IMG/VR virus record: IMGVR_UViG_3300028797_000010 | Location: 21,381 to 85,380 of that record | Length of the DNA: 64,000 nucleotides | Source: a virus | Taxonomy: Duplodnaviria; Caudoviricetes | Strand: one strand, 5' to 3' | Part shown: positions 16,869 through 25,208 of the stretch, in pieces | Numbering within the stretch: position 1 is the first letter of the stretch | How the letters are laid out: each line of letters starts with the position of its first letter | Translations under genes and position numbers: made by a program | Notes under the pieces: generated by a model | What the model was told of the DNA's origin: nothing | Databases searched by the model: none | Seen by the model: only the letters and a program-made list of their open reading frames with translations

Positions 16869-17246
16869 ATGGCTGAAAGTGACTTCTATCCTGCGGGCGC
16901 ATACAACGACCCTGACGCGCCGTTTAACGAGAAAATCATACCACTTCGAGAGTTTGACATTGAAGCAGAATTCACCATGCGAAAGGTTGTGACGGTGAAG
17001 ACCAGCGACTACATCCCCGAATATGATGATGAAAATGGACGTGATTGCCCCAACACCGAGAACACCGATTGGCACAGCGCTTATGACGATAACGGGCATT
17101 ATACGATAATCGAATTGTTGTCGGAATTGGAAGAATACGTGTTGGAAGATATGAAGACGTGTTCACCAAACACAGGCAAAGGTAGGGCATTGAAACGCCT
17201 CTTGGAAAATTGCCGTGGTTGGACAATGGAAGCAAACTTTGAGTAA
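16869..17246 (+). CDS. Hypothetical protein
   Basis: Begins YPAGAYNDPDAPFNE. ATG is at 16869. Confidence 0.7.
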   Translation: MAESDFYPAGAYNDPDAPFNEKIIPLREFDIEAEFTMRKVVTVKTSDYIPEYDDENGRDCPNTENTDWHSAYDDNGHYTIIELLSELEEYVLEDMKTCSPNTGKGRALKRLLENCRGWTMEANFE

Positions 17247-17248
17247 GA

Positions 17249-17677
17249 ATGACGGATTACGACAGCTATGTAAACGGGTACATAGAAAGAGCCAAGGATG
17301 GTTACTATGTGGGTTCTTTAAGGGTGGAGGGCGTAAACCTTTCACCCATTGAAGGACAGTATTTCAAGAAAGACAACGAGGTGTACCTTTTCATCAAGCG
17401 TCGCCCAATCATGGAATACAACTATGAAAGGGATTCGTTCATCACGCGCGAACGCACACCACAAGTGCTTATCTACATGAAGAAGCAAGTCAACAATGAC
17501 GGCGTTGTGGCGTATAAGGGCGAGTTCATGTTCATGCGGTTCAAGTTCCACATCGAAGGTATTTGGGACAAGATTCTTGGAAATGACATGAAACGCCTCA
17601 ACCTATACGTGGAACGTGCCCCGATACAGGAACAAACACTATTACAAAACATAGCCAAAGCAAAGGAAAGGAAATGA
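17249..17677 (+). CDS. Hypothetical protein
   Basis: 142-aa ORF. Confidence 0.7.
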   Translation: MTDYDSYVNGYIERAKDGYYVGSLRVEGVNLSPIEGQYFKKDNEVYLFIKRRPIMEYNYERDSFITRERTPQVLIYMKKQVNNDGVVAYKGEFMFMRFKFHIEGIWDKILGNDMKRLNLYVERAPIQEQTLLQNIAKAKERK

Positions 17678-18150
17678 AAACAGACGAACAGATAAAATCC
17701 GACTGGCAACGGCTTGAAAAAGAGAACTTGGAAAAAGCCTGCGAATATCTTTCCAAGTGCGAAACTGACGTTGAAGAATACATAGCCGATTGCATCGCCG
17801 CATTGTGCGACATTACGGTATCGGAAATGCTTTCGGACGCGGCACAAGCACGCATAGCACAGCCACGTTGGCTTTATTGGTATGCCATACGCTACATGAC
17901 AAATGAAACGTATGACGAAATCGCCACAAGGACGATAAAACGAAGCGGGTGTAGTTTTACTGCCAACGGAATAGGCCAAAGCATCAACAAAATGGCCATT
18001 ATGGTGGCCATAGAGCCGATTTGGACAAAGCGGTGGACAATTATCAAGCACATCATAAAAATGCGCGACAAGGCAAATGCAAGCACCCAAGAAAACGTTG
18101 TGCGCATCATAGCACCCAAAAGCGTAAAAGTTGAACTAAAAACGGAATAA
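17674..18150 (+). CDS. DnaA C-terminal (domain IV)-like HTH protein
   Basis: IADCIAALCDITVSEMLSD...RIAQPRWLYWYAIRYMTNETYDEIA resembles the DnaA DNA-binding domain. Confidence 0.55.
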   Translation: MKTDEQIKSDWQRLEKENLEKACEYLSKCETDVEEYIADCIAALCDITVSEMLSDAAQARIAQPRWLYWYAIRYMTNETYDEIATRTIKRSGCSFTANGIGQSINKMAIMVAIEPIWTKRWTIIKHIIKMRDKANASTQENVVRIIAPKSVKVELKTE

Positions 18151-18156
18151 AAGATT

Positions 18157-18573
18157 ATGTTACACGAAGTAAAAGTACAGTACAAGACACGTAACGATGA
18201 TGGTAATGAAGTCACCAAGAAAGATTGGTACATCGTGGACAATTGCAATTTGTTTTGCGAGGTTGAACACAAGGTTTTCAAGAACTTTAACTATGACACC
18301 ATAAAGGACTTTGACGTGACGGACATCAAGCGTTCACGCATCAAGGAAGTGGCAAACACAAGGTCAAGTGACAATGAAAAGATGTTCATGGCCGAGGTCA
18401 AGGACACGTTCACAACCGATGACGGAGTAGAGAAGGAAATCAAGTACAAGGTTGTTTTCTTTTCCACCGACATTGACAAGGCATTGTCGTTCATCATCGA
18501 ATACATGGAACAAGGCTACGATATGTCGCTTATAGGATTAAAGAAAACCAAATACGTCGATTTGTTGCAATGA
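18157..18573 (+). CDS. DUF4494-like protein
   Basis: Duplicated pattern EVKVQY...DG.E...Y...KRSRIKEV typical of this Bacteroidota family. Confidence 0.6.
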   Translation: MLHEVKVQYKTRNDDGNEVTKKDWYIVDNCNLFCEVEHKVFKNFNYDTIKDFDVTDIKRSRIKEVANTRSSDNEKMFMAEVKDTFTTDDGVEKEIKYKVVFFSTDIDKALSFIIEYMEQGYDMSLIGLKKTKYVDLLQ

Positions 18574-19037
18574 AACGTTTCGGTAATTCAAGAGACAACA
18601 ATAAGTATGGTGCATCAAAGGTAGTGTTCAAGGGCATCACTTTTGATAGTCGCTATGAACGAGACAGGTATATACTGTTGCTACACTTACAACGTGAGGG
18701 GAAAATTAGCCATCTGCGCTTGCAACAAGGTTTTCGAATCATCAAGAAAGTCATCAAGCTTGTCAAAAAACAACTAAAGACAAAAGTTCGTTGGGACGAG
18801 CGCGTTGTAGAACAAGAGGCACGTTATCATTGCGATTTCCTATACAAGGAAAACGGCAAGATTATTGTCGAGGAATTCAAATCCAAGATGACAGCAGAAC
18901 TACCAGACTACATCTTGCGCCGTAAGCTTATGGTCAACAAGATTTACGACCACAACTCGCGCCAAGGCCGTACGCAATGGGTGTTTCGTGAAGTAATCTA
19001 TGAACGAAAGGGTAAAGTAACTATAACGGATAAATAA
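18570..19037 (+). CDS. DUF1064-family nuclease
   Basis: NNKYGASKVVFKGITFDSRYE...L.LQ..F...YHCDFLY...VEEFKS. Confidence 0.75.
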   Translation: MKRFGNSRDNNKYGASKVVFKGITFDSRYERDRYILLLHLQREGKISHLRLQQGFRIIKKVIKLVKKQLKTKVRWDERVVEQEARYHCDFLYKENGKIIVEEFKSKMTAELPDYILRRKLMVNKIYDHNSRQGRTQWVFREVIYERKGKVTITDK

Positions 19038-19044
19038 CAGGAAA

Positions 19045-19674
19045 ATGCTCAACTATTTGGATTGTAAAAACGTGTTGTTTACACGTGGTGTAACGTTTGA
19101 CGTTAAGCAATATCTTTTTGTGGCACAAGTCGTGCTTGGCGAAGACCCACAGACGGCCTACGCCATGATTTACGACCGAGAGAATTTTGTTCGTGAAACT
19201 GGTACCGAAGAAGAGCAAGAATATCTTTCAAGGTTCACCAAAGATGCCGACGTGATGTTGAACCAACAAGAATGCAGACATATCTATGACTTCCTAAAGG
19301 AAAACTACCAGTCGGACGTGCAAGCATCGGCGTCCACGTTGGAGGACTACAAGTTCAGCGGCTCGGACGTTCAGCAATTGTTGGCTAATCTATTGCATAA
19401 TCGTGCTGGTAGTGCCGACAACCTTGACGATGCAAGCGTAAAGGACGTGATTTCGCTTATCAAGATGATGTACGAACAAGGCGCATTGGATAGTGGCGAC
19501 ACTTTTCAAAAGCATTTTATACAAATCCATGATGCCTTTAATGCCTTATGCACGGCTTGTAACCATGAATTCGAGGCACATGCTGGCATTGACTGCATTT
19601 GCCCACATTGCCGCCAAGTGTATAAATGGTCGGAAAACGAGCGCCGTTTCTATCCTAATCCGTCAAAGCTATGA
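19045..19674 (+). CDS. Hypothetical protein with a C-terminal Zn ribbon
   Basis: CTAC...CICPHC. Confidence 0.7.
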   Translation: MLNYLDCKNVLFTRGVTFDVKQYLFVAQVVLGEDPQTAYAMIYDRENFVRETGTEEEQEYLSRFTKDADVMLNQQECRHIYDFLKENYQSDVQASASTLEDYKFSGSDVQQLLANLLHNRAGSADNLDDASVKDVISLIKMMYEQGALDSGDTFQKHFIQIHDAFNALCTACNHEFEAHAGIDCICPHCRQVYKWSENERRFYPNPSKL

Positions 19675-20066
19675 TAGAAACAATTAACATAGACATCTAC
19701 CTGAATTGCATCGTATTTGCCGTAGGCATAGACGAGAAAGAATTTGATGACTTGTACTATCGGAATGTAACAAGGATTACGGATGAGGAATATAAGCTGA
19801 TACGCAAGGATATTGCAGACAAGAACTCTTGCAATGGATTAACTACGCAGCTTGACAACGGAAACGTGTTTGTATTCATACGGAAAGGTCAAGAACGCAA
19901 AGACTTAACTGTTGCACACGAGATTTTTCATGCCACACACAACATCTTGAAACGTGCTGGTGTTGTACTTGATGCCGACGGCGAGGCTTATGCCTATCTT
20001 ATCGGATGGTTGACGAACGAATATTATAACAGATTGGACGATTACGAGGATGGAAAAGCAAAGTAA
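19671..20066 (+). CDS. HExxH zincin-like protein
   Basis: VAHEIFHATHNIL...GEAYAYLIGWL. Confidence 0.65.
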   Translation: MIETINIDIYLNCIVFAVGIDEKEFDDLYYRNVTRITDEEYKLIRKDIADKNSCNGLTTQLDNGNVFVFIRKGQERKDLTVAHEIFHATHNILKRAGVVLDADGEAYAYLIGWLTNEYYNRLDDYEDGKAK

Positions 20067-20179
20067 ATTTCAAGGAAAATCTTGTAATTCGGGTAAGCCA
20101 ATAATTACAAAGGGCGATATGGTTCTTATACCACCAAGCAGTTTCACATTAACAAAAGTTCAAAAATGGAGAAAACGTT

Positions 20180-20836
20180 ATGAAAGAAACAAAAGATAAA
20201 TCGTGGAAACTTGTAAAACAAGACCAGAATAACGAAGACCAATATCTATTGGGATTCTTTAATAGCGAGAAACACGCTAAAGACAATATCCAGTTTATCA
20301 TGCAAAAGTACGGCAATTGGATTAAAAGCAAAGAAAGCATTGTCGTTAAGCGCGTCAATCCCGAAATGATTCTAAACCCAGTCGTTACGGATTACATGCA
20401 CTACGTATGGTCGTTGATACCAAAAAAGGAAATCGAACGTGTTATGAAATCGGATGCGTCGGCAGAGATTGATGCCTCGAGTTGTATGTGTGGTGGTGCG
20501 ACGTATTACTATTTGTCTAAGATGATTCCAAAGCATTGGACAGTCATCGACATAGGTTGTGCGTACAATTCGCAATCTTATTTGTTCCAATCACATGCAA
20601 GACACATTGCAATAGAACCTGTGTGGCTTGACAAAGACTTTCATTTCGAGTATTTTAAAGCACCGAACACGGAATTGCTGTTTATGACTGGGCAAGAGTT
20701 TATTCAGAACGAATTATCGAAAATGAAATTGGATTTGAATAAGACTTTTGCTATCTGTAATTACATACCCAGTGATGCTTGCAACCTAATGGTTCGCGAA
20801 ACTTTTAAAAACCTTTGGTGTTTCTACCCGTCGTAA
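20180..20836 (+). CDS. Hypothetical protein with a possible class I SAM-binding fold
   Basis: TVIDIGCAY followed by HIAIEP. Confidence 0.55.
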   Translation: MKETKDKSWKLVKQDQNNEDQYLLGFFNSEKHAKDNIQFIMQKYGNWIKSKESIVVKRVNPEMILNPVVTDYMHYVWSLIPKKEIERVMKSDASAEIDASSCMCGGATYYYLSKMIPKHWTVIDIGCAYNSQSYLFQSHARHIAIEPVWLDKDFHFEYFKAPNTELLFMTGQEFIQNELSKMKLDLNKTFAICNYIPSDACNLMVRETFKNLWCFYPS

Positions 20837-20849
20837 ATTTTGTTAAATG

Positions 20850-20941
20850 CTTGCATATTTAAAATAAAGTTCGTACCTTTGCAAAGTGGATAGGTCGGAA
20901 GTCATGAGCCGACCGAAAAGGTAAGTCGAAAGCCCTGCCAC
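20850..20941 (+). promoter_or_regulatory. Promoter plus structured 5' leader of the GIY-YIG gene
   Basis: CTTG-N20-TACCTTTG, followed by GTGG...GGTCGG/CCGACC hairpin...CCAC. It is homologous to 63248-63316. Confidence 0.7.
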
Positions 20942-20978
20942 CTTGCAATTTTTCGACATTTTTAATTTCGACAAAAAT

Positions 20979-21908
20979 ATGGACGACGTACAAAAAATGG
21001 AGTTATATGAAAACGTAATCACAAGTTTGTTTTCTAAACTCAAAGAGCAAGATAATTCTTTCTTGCGTGAGAAAGACAACGCGAACACAATAGAAAAGGC
21101 AATGTCTCTTTTGGATTGGGCTTACAAGGATGAAAATTTCGTCTTCGACAACGTTTATGCGTATATTTTTCAAGACTTGAAAAGTGTATATATTGGTAGA
21201 ACAACCAATTTGATTGCGCGAGACAAGCAACATCGTACAGATAAAGATTCTGCTGTATTCAAGTTTTCACAAACTAATTCTGTAGAAATACCAAGAATGA
21301 CCATCCTTGAAAGAAATGTTAGTTTAGAAGATGGAATAAAAATGGAAAGTTTTTATTGCGGTGCGGCTAAAAAGAAAGGGTGGAATTTAATAAACATAGC
21401 AAAAACGGGCATACATGTCTCTGCTGGAAAGCCTAAAGCAAAATGGGATTTTGAAAAATGTTACAACGAAGCAATAAAATATAGTAATGTTGGTGACTTT
21501 AAAAAATACGCCCCTTATGCTTACGAAAGGTCTATTAGAAAAGGTTTCTTGTCTAATTTTTATTGGTTAAACGGGAGAATCATAAACGTTAAAAGAGTTA
21601 GAACGTATGAGGAATGTGTAGAAATTGCAAAGAAATACAAATCACTTAATTCTTTCTATAAAAATGAAAAAAGGGTTTTTAGGTATTCAAAAGACAGAGG
21701 GTGGCTTGATGATTTTACGTGGTTAAAACGCGAAAAAGAACATAAGAAAAAGGTTGCCCAATATACTAAAGATGGTATATTGTTGAATGTGTTCCCCAGT
21801 ATAAATAAGGCCAGCATAGCCACAGGCATATCTTATAGCGGTATTTATAACTGCTACATTGGTAAAACAAGGGAATACAAAGAATATATTTGGAAACCTG
21901 TTGATTAA
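20979..21908 (+). CDS. GIY-YIG homing endonuclease with a C-terminal NUMOD1 domain
   Basis: VYAY...VYIGRT...RDKQH and ME..Y. Repeats KWDFEKCYNEAIKY/RTYEECVEIAKKY. NUMOD1-like KVAQYTKDG...YIWK. Confidence 0.8.
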   Translation: MDDVQKMELYENVITSLFSKLKEQDNSFLREKDNANTIEKAMSLLDWAYKDENFVFDNVYAYIFQDLKSVYIGRTTNLIARDKQHRTDKDSAVFKFSQTNSVEIPRMTILERNVSLEDGIKMESFYCGAAKKKGWNLINIAKTGIHVSAGKPKAKWDFEKCYNEAIKYSNVGDFKKYAPYAYERSIRKGFLSNFYWLNGRIINVKRVRTYEECVEIAKKYKSLNSFYKNEKRVFRYSKDRGWLDDFTWLKREKEHKKKVAQYTKDGILLNVFPSINKASIATGISYSGIYNCYIGKTREYKEYIWKPVD

Positions 21909-21910
21909 AA

Positions 21911-21961
21911 ACGTGTTGGTGTTTTTATGGCCATTATGGCCGTTTTATACCACCAACACGT
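21911..21961. terminator. Long hairpin between convergent transcription units
   Basis: ACGTGTTGGTG (21911-21921) pairs perfectly with CACCAACACGT (21951-21961), with an inner GGCCA-TTA-TGGCC hairpin. Confidence 0.65.
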
Positions 21962-22001
21962 CAATTTATCCAGCAACGACACAAAACGCACTTAAAACGC
22001 C

Positions 22002-22409
22002 TTATTTGCAAGGTATGGCAATTTCCTCTACCACCCTTTGCATCAAGTACCCGATTGTATAGGCCGACGATTCGCCGTCTAAAGGTTCGCCATAATAATC
22101 TATGATAGCATCTGCCGCATGTTTCAATTCATGCACAACGGTACTCCAAAATTGCGCCCTTGATGTGCTTTTGCCGACATAGATAGCCGTCATACGTATT
22201 TCATCGTTTGAAACGGCCAATCCGCTATTTGGTGTAGAAAGTACACGTATTGCACGTTGTATCTTTCTTTCATTTAGGCCAAATGAATGTAGGACGGCGG
22301 CAATGTCATCCCAATCAAGCATATCGAAATCATAAGAAATCAAAACGCCCCATTTGCCATCAATATCAATGTACTTTGTTACCATGCCGAATGTATCATT
22401 TGTTCCCAA
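22002..22409 (-). CDS. HExxH zincin-like protein
   Basis: VVHELKHAADAII...GESSAYTIGYL. Confidence 0.65.
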   Translation of the reverse strand: MGTNDTFGMVTKYIDIDGKWGVLISYDFDMLDWDDIAAVLHSFGLNERKIQRAIRVLSTPNSGLAVSNDEIRMTAIYVGKSTSRAQFWSTVVHELKHAADAIIDYYGEPLDGESSAYTIGYLMQRVVEEIAIPCK

Positions 22410-22807
22410 AAGATGATAACGCCTTTACACGAGCAATCGCCAAGGAAACGGCAGAAAACAAGTCCGTCGCATCCGTCGGGGTCACAAAGAACGTCTTGGA
22501 TATACCGCACCATGTGTTCCTCGTCCTCGATGGACGAACCCCAAAAGTCGGCCTTGACCATGTTTGCCAAATACAAGGCATCGTATTGTTCGTTCGTGTC
22601 TATCGATACCTTGTATTTCTCTAACATTGTTTTCAATTCCTCTATCGTCACAGGCGTAATCTTTGTCAACGTACCCTTCACCTTGTCGTCACGGCGCATC
22701 TTCGATATTGCAAATTCACAAAGCAACTTATTGAAATGACAACCGTAGTATGACAAGTATTGTTCCATGTCCTCGGGTATTAAATAGTTCATCATTGTAT
22801 TTGCCAT
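22379..22807 (-). CDS. Conserved-looking hypothetical protein
   Basis: YLSYYGCHFNK...DALYLANMVKADF...DPDGCDG..FCRF. Confidence 0.75.
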   Translation of the reverse strand: MANTMMNYLIPEDMEQYLSYYGCHFNKLLCEFAISKMRRDDKVKGTLTKITPVTIEELKTMLEKYKVSIDTNEQYDALYLANMVKADFWGSSIEDEEHMVRYIQDVLCDPDGCDGLVFCRFLGDCSCKGVIIFWEQMIHSAW

Positions 22808-22883
22808 AATCCTTATTCAATTTTTGACGTTAAACTTTGAATAGGGGAAACCCTTATTCAAGAATCTCCCCCATTTGCTTTAA

Positions 22884-23120
22884 TTAGATATAACGGCCTC
22901 TTGAATCACGGGCACGACGCATGTTCATTTCCTCGTCCATATCGTCCTCCGAATCCTCCCAACCGTGCTTGTAGCCTACACGGTAGCCGTGTTCGTAAGA
23001 ACCCGTACCGCCGTGCATCATTGGCACGTAGCCGTCGTGACGGTAGCCGCCACGCATCGAACGGCGCATGTCGTTACGCATTTTGCCGTCGCTTTCCTTG
23101 TCTACAAAAATATATCCCAT
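22884..23120 (-). CDS. Low-complexity R/D/G/M-rich protein
   Basis: MRRSMRGGYRHDG...MRRARDSRGRYI. Confidence 0.7.
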   Translation of the reverse strand: MGYIFVDKESDGKMRNDMRRSMRGGYRHDGYVPMMHGGTGSYEHGYRVGYKHGWEDSEDDMDEEMNMRRARDSRGRYI

Positions 23121-23141
23121 AGTCGTCTTTGTTTTAAAGGA

Positions 23142-23663
23142 TTAAACACCACTCGGAGAAGGAGAGTCCAGTTTCTGTAATATCTTCAAGATACTGTCCA
23201 ACTTCTCGTCGGTAGCAGCCTGACGTTTCTCTAAGTCGCTTATCGTTCGTGCTTGTTTCTTTTCCTCTGCATAACGCGGATTCAATACTTCAAGCATCTT
23301 TTCAGATTCCGCAATGACACCCTTATGGTAAGGTATTTGGTCTAAAGCCTTGCGCGACGTCTGTAACATGGTGTCAACCGCCTGTAGCATCGCTTCGCGA
23401 CTTCCACTAAATGTTACATTACCCTTTGCGGCAATCTCAACGCCCAATGGTATGTCGTTAAACGTTTCGTCCTTACCGTTGACGGTTGCGGTCACATCAA
23501 TAACCTGTTGTGTCTGCAATCCTGTCATAAGGTTCGGAGTCTGCGTTGGAAACTTTACATGCGGCTGCGTCTTTGACTTTATTGTGCCGACTTCAAGAAT
23601 CGGCTTTTCTCCCTGGCGGAGAATATAAAAAGGACTACCTTGTCCGAGTGATGAAAAATCCAT
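23142..23663 (-). CDS. Hypothetical protein with a C-terminal coiled coil
   Basis: MDFSSLGQGSPFYILRQGEKP... followed by a helical tail. Confidence 0.75.
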   Translation of the reverse strand: MDFSSLGQGSPFYILRQGEKPILEVGTIKSKTQPHVKFPTQTPNLMTGLQTQQVIDVTATVNGKDETFNDIPLGVEIAAKGNVTFSGSREAMLQAVDTMLQTSRKALDQIPYHKGVIAESEKMLEVLNPRYAEEKKQARTISDLEKRQAATDEKLDSILKILQKLDSPSPSGV

Positions 23664-23694
23664 TGTTAATTACTTTTTATTGTTAATTACTAAG

Positions 23695-24033
23695 TTAAAC
23701 GGTTGTACGCGACATCAACTGCAAGATATTGTCGAATCGGTTGTTGAACACAAGGAACACGCCAGTGCCGCCGATAAGTTCGGCAACGGTGACAGGTGTT
23801 CCGTCAAAAAGGGTCAACGCACGTGTCACCCCGTTCATCGAAAGAGTAACTGGTAACGTTGTCGTTGTAGCCTCAGGTATTGCGTCCGTAAGCCGCACCG
23901 TGAAATATCCTATTGGTTGGATGCGACGGAAACCAAGTGCAATGTCAACACTTTCCGTGCCGACGGTGATGTTAGTGGAATTGATAAAAGGAATACCACC
24001 AGCATTCGTTGTTATATTGTTTAAACACATCAT
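23695..24033 (-). CDS. Small beta-rich hypothetical protein
   Basis: 112-aa T/V/I-rich ORF. Confidence 0.7.
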   Translation of the reverse strand: MMCLNNITTNAGGIPFINSTNITVGTESVDIALGFRRIQPIGYFTVRLTDAIPEATTTTLPVTLSMNGVTRALTLFDGTPVTVAELIGGTGVFLVFNNRFDNILQLMSRTTV

Positions 24034-24059
24034 GCCTTTAACCTCCTATCCTTAAATCA

Positions 24060-24995
24060 TTAGAACACTACGCTACCGCCGAATCCATTGCCGTAGAAAC
24101 CATTGAAACCGCCCATGTAAGGTGTGGTATTCACGGCCTGAATCTGTGGCCACTGAACGGGTACGGTAGGAAGCTGCTTGTCGGCAATCTCCGTAACCTT
24201 TGCCTGCAATGGAGCAATCAGTGAATTAACATAACCCGTAATCTGAGCAGTCTGGTTTGCGTTGTCGATTTGACCACGAAGCTGAGTTATGATGTCTGCT
24301 TGCGTGTCAATCTTTGCCTGCATGTCACGCTCGCGGGCTGCACAGAACTGGTCGTTCATTGCAACGGTCTGTGCGTTGATAGCATTCAGCAATGAATTGG
24401 TATTGCGGTCTGCCTGTGAACCGAGCTGATTAGTCTGATTCAAGGTTGCAATCTGGCTTTCATAACCCTGTTGTGTCACAAGCAGCTTGTTCTCACAGCA
24501 ACACTTTTCAAATGCGCTAATCATTGATGCATTACCACTTTGGATAGCGTTGATAACCTGCGGCACGCTTACGGCCTGCTGTAATGCAAGTGACTGTAAT
24601 GCGTTCTGAACAGTCTGAACACCTTGGTTGACGAGGTTAAAGTCCTGACCAAGCATCGTGCTCAAAGTCTGGATAGCCGTGCGTGATGCCTCGCCCTGAT
24701 TGGTGATTGCGTTCATAATAAGTTCGCGACCCGAATCGTTCGACAGCTGATTAGCCAAGAAAGCCGCGCCTGAGTTTCCTCCGCCAAAGCCTCCATTGCC
24801 AAATCCGCCATTGTTCCAGCCGAACATTGAAGCAATGATAGCCAGTCCAAACAAGTCAGCAATCCCGTTCATGCCGTAGTTGCCGCCAAAAAGACCACCG
24901 CCCATGCCAAAGCCGCCAATGGGAATAGAGAAAGGTATGTTACCAAATCCTCCGTTGTTGTTGCCGTTCTCGGGCAACTGATAAATCTCTGCCAT
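24060..24995 (-). CDS. Gly/Asn-rich protein with a CCC motif and coiled coil
   Basis: MAEIYQLPENGNNNGGFG..., a hydrophobic segment, EKCCCENKLL and a Q-rich helix. ATG is at 24995. Confidence 0.8.
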   Translation of the reverse strand: MAEIYQLPENGNNNGGFGNIPFSIPIGGFGMGGGLFGGNYGMNGIADLFGLAIIASMFGWNNGGFGNGGFGGGNSGAAFLANQLSNDSGRELIMNAITNQGEASRTAIQTLSTMLGQDFNLVNQGVQTVQNALQSLALQQAVSVPQVINAIQSGNASMISAFEKCCCENKLLVTQQGYESQIATLNQTNQLGSQADRNTNSLLNAINAQTVAMNDQFCAARERDMQAKIDTQADIITQLRGQIDNANQTAQITGYVNSLIAPLQAKVTEIADKQLPTVPVQWPQIQAVNTTPYMGGFNGFYGNGFGGSVVF

Positions 24996-25060
24996 ATTTT
25001 TTTCCTTTCTTTTTTTGTTGTTTAACTTAATGGAAATTAATGTTGTAACGTTACACGGTG

Positions 25061-25091
25061 CAAATATACGACACAAAGAAAGAAAATCAAT
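25061..25091 (-). promoter_or_regulatory. Bacteroidota promoter for the 24995-22002 operon
   Basis: TATATTTG (reverse complement of 25061-25068), with ATTG 19 nt upstream. Confidence 0.65.
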
Positions 25092-25130
25092 CGTGGACTT
25101 TTTGATGTCCAAAACAAGGTGTGAACAAAC

Positions 25131-25167
25131 AAAAAAGGCGGCAACACCATCACGATGTCACCGCCTT
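25131..25167 (-). terminator. Intrinsic terminator
   Basis: Minus strand reads GGCGGTGACATC-GTGA-TGGTGTTGCCGCC-TTTTTT. Confidence 0.85.
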
Positions 25168-25208
25168 CGTTGAAAAAAGGCTTCAGTCCATAGACTGTGC
25201 TGTGTTAC

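Noticed and set aside
20372-20590. YVDD motif suggesting a reverse transcriptase
   Set aside because: It lies in a 72-aa antisense shadow ORF of a real gene, with no other RT motifs.
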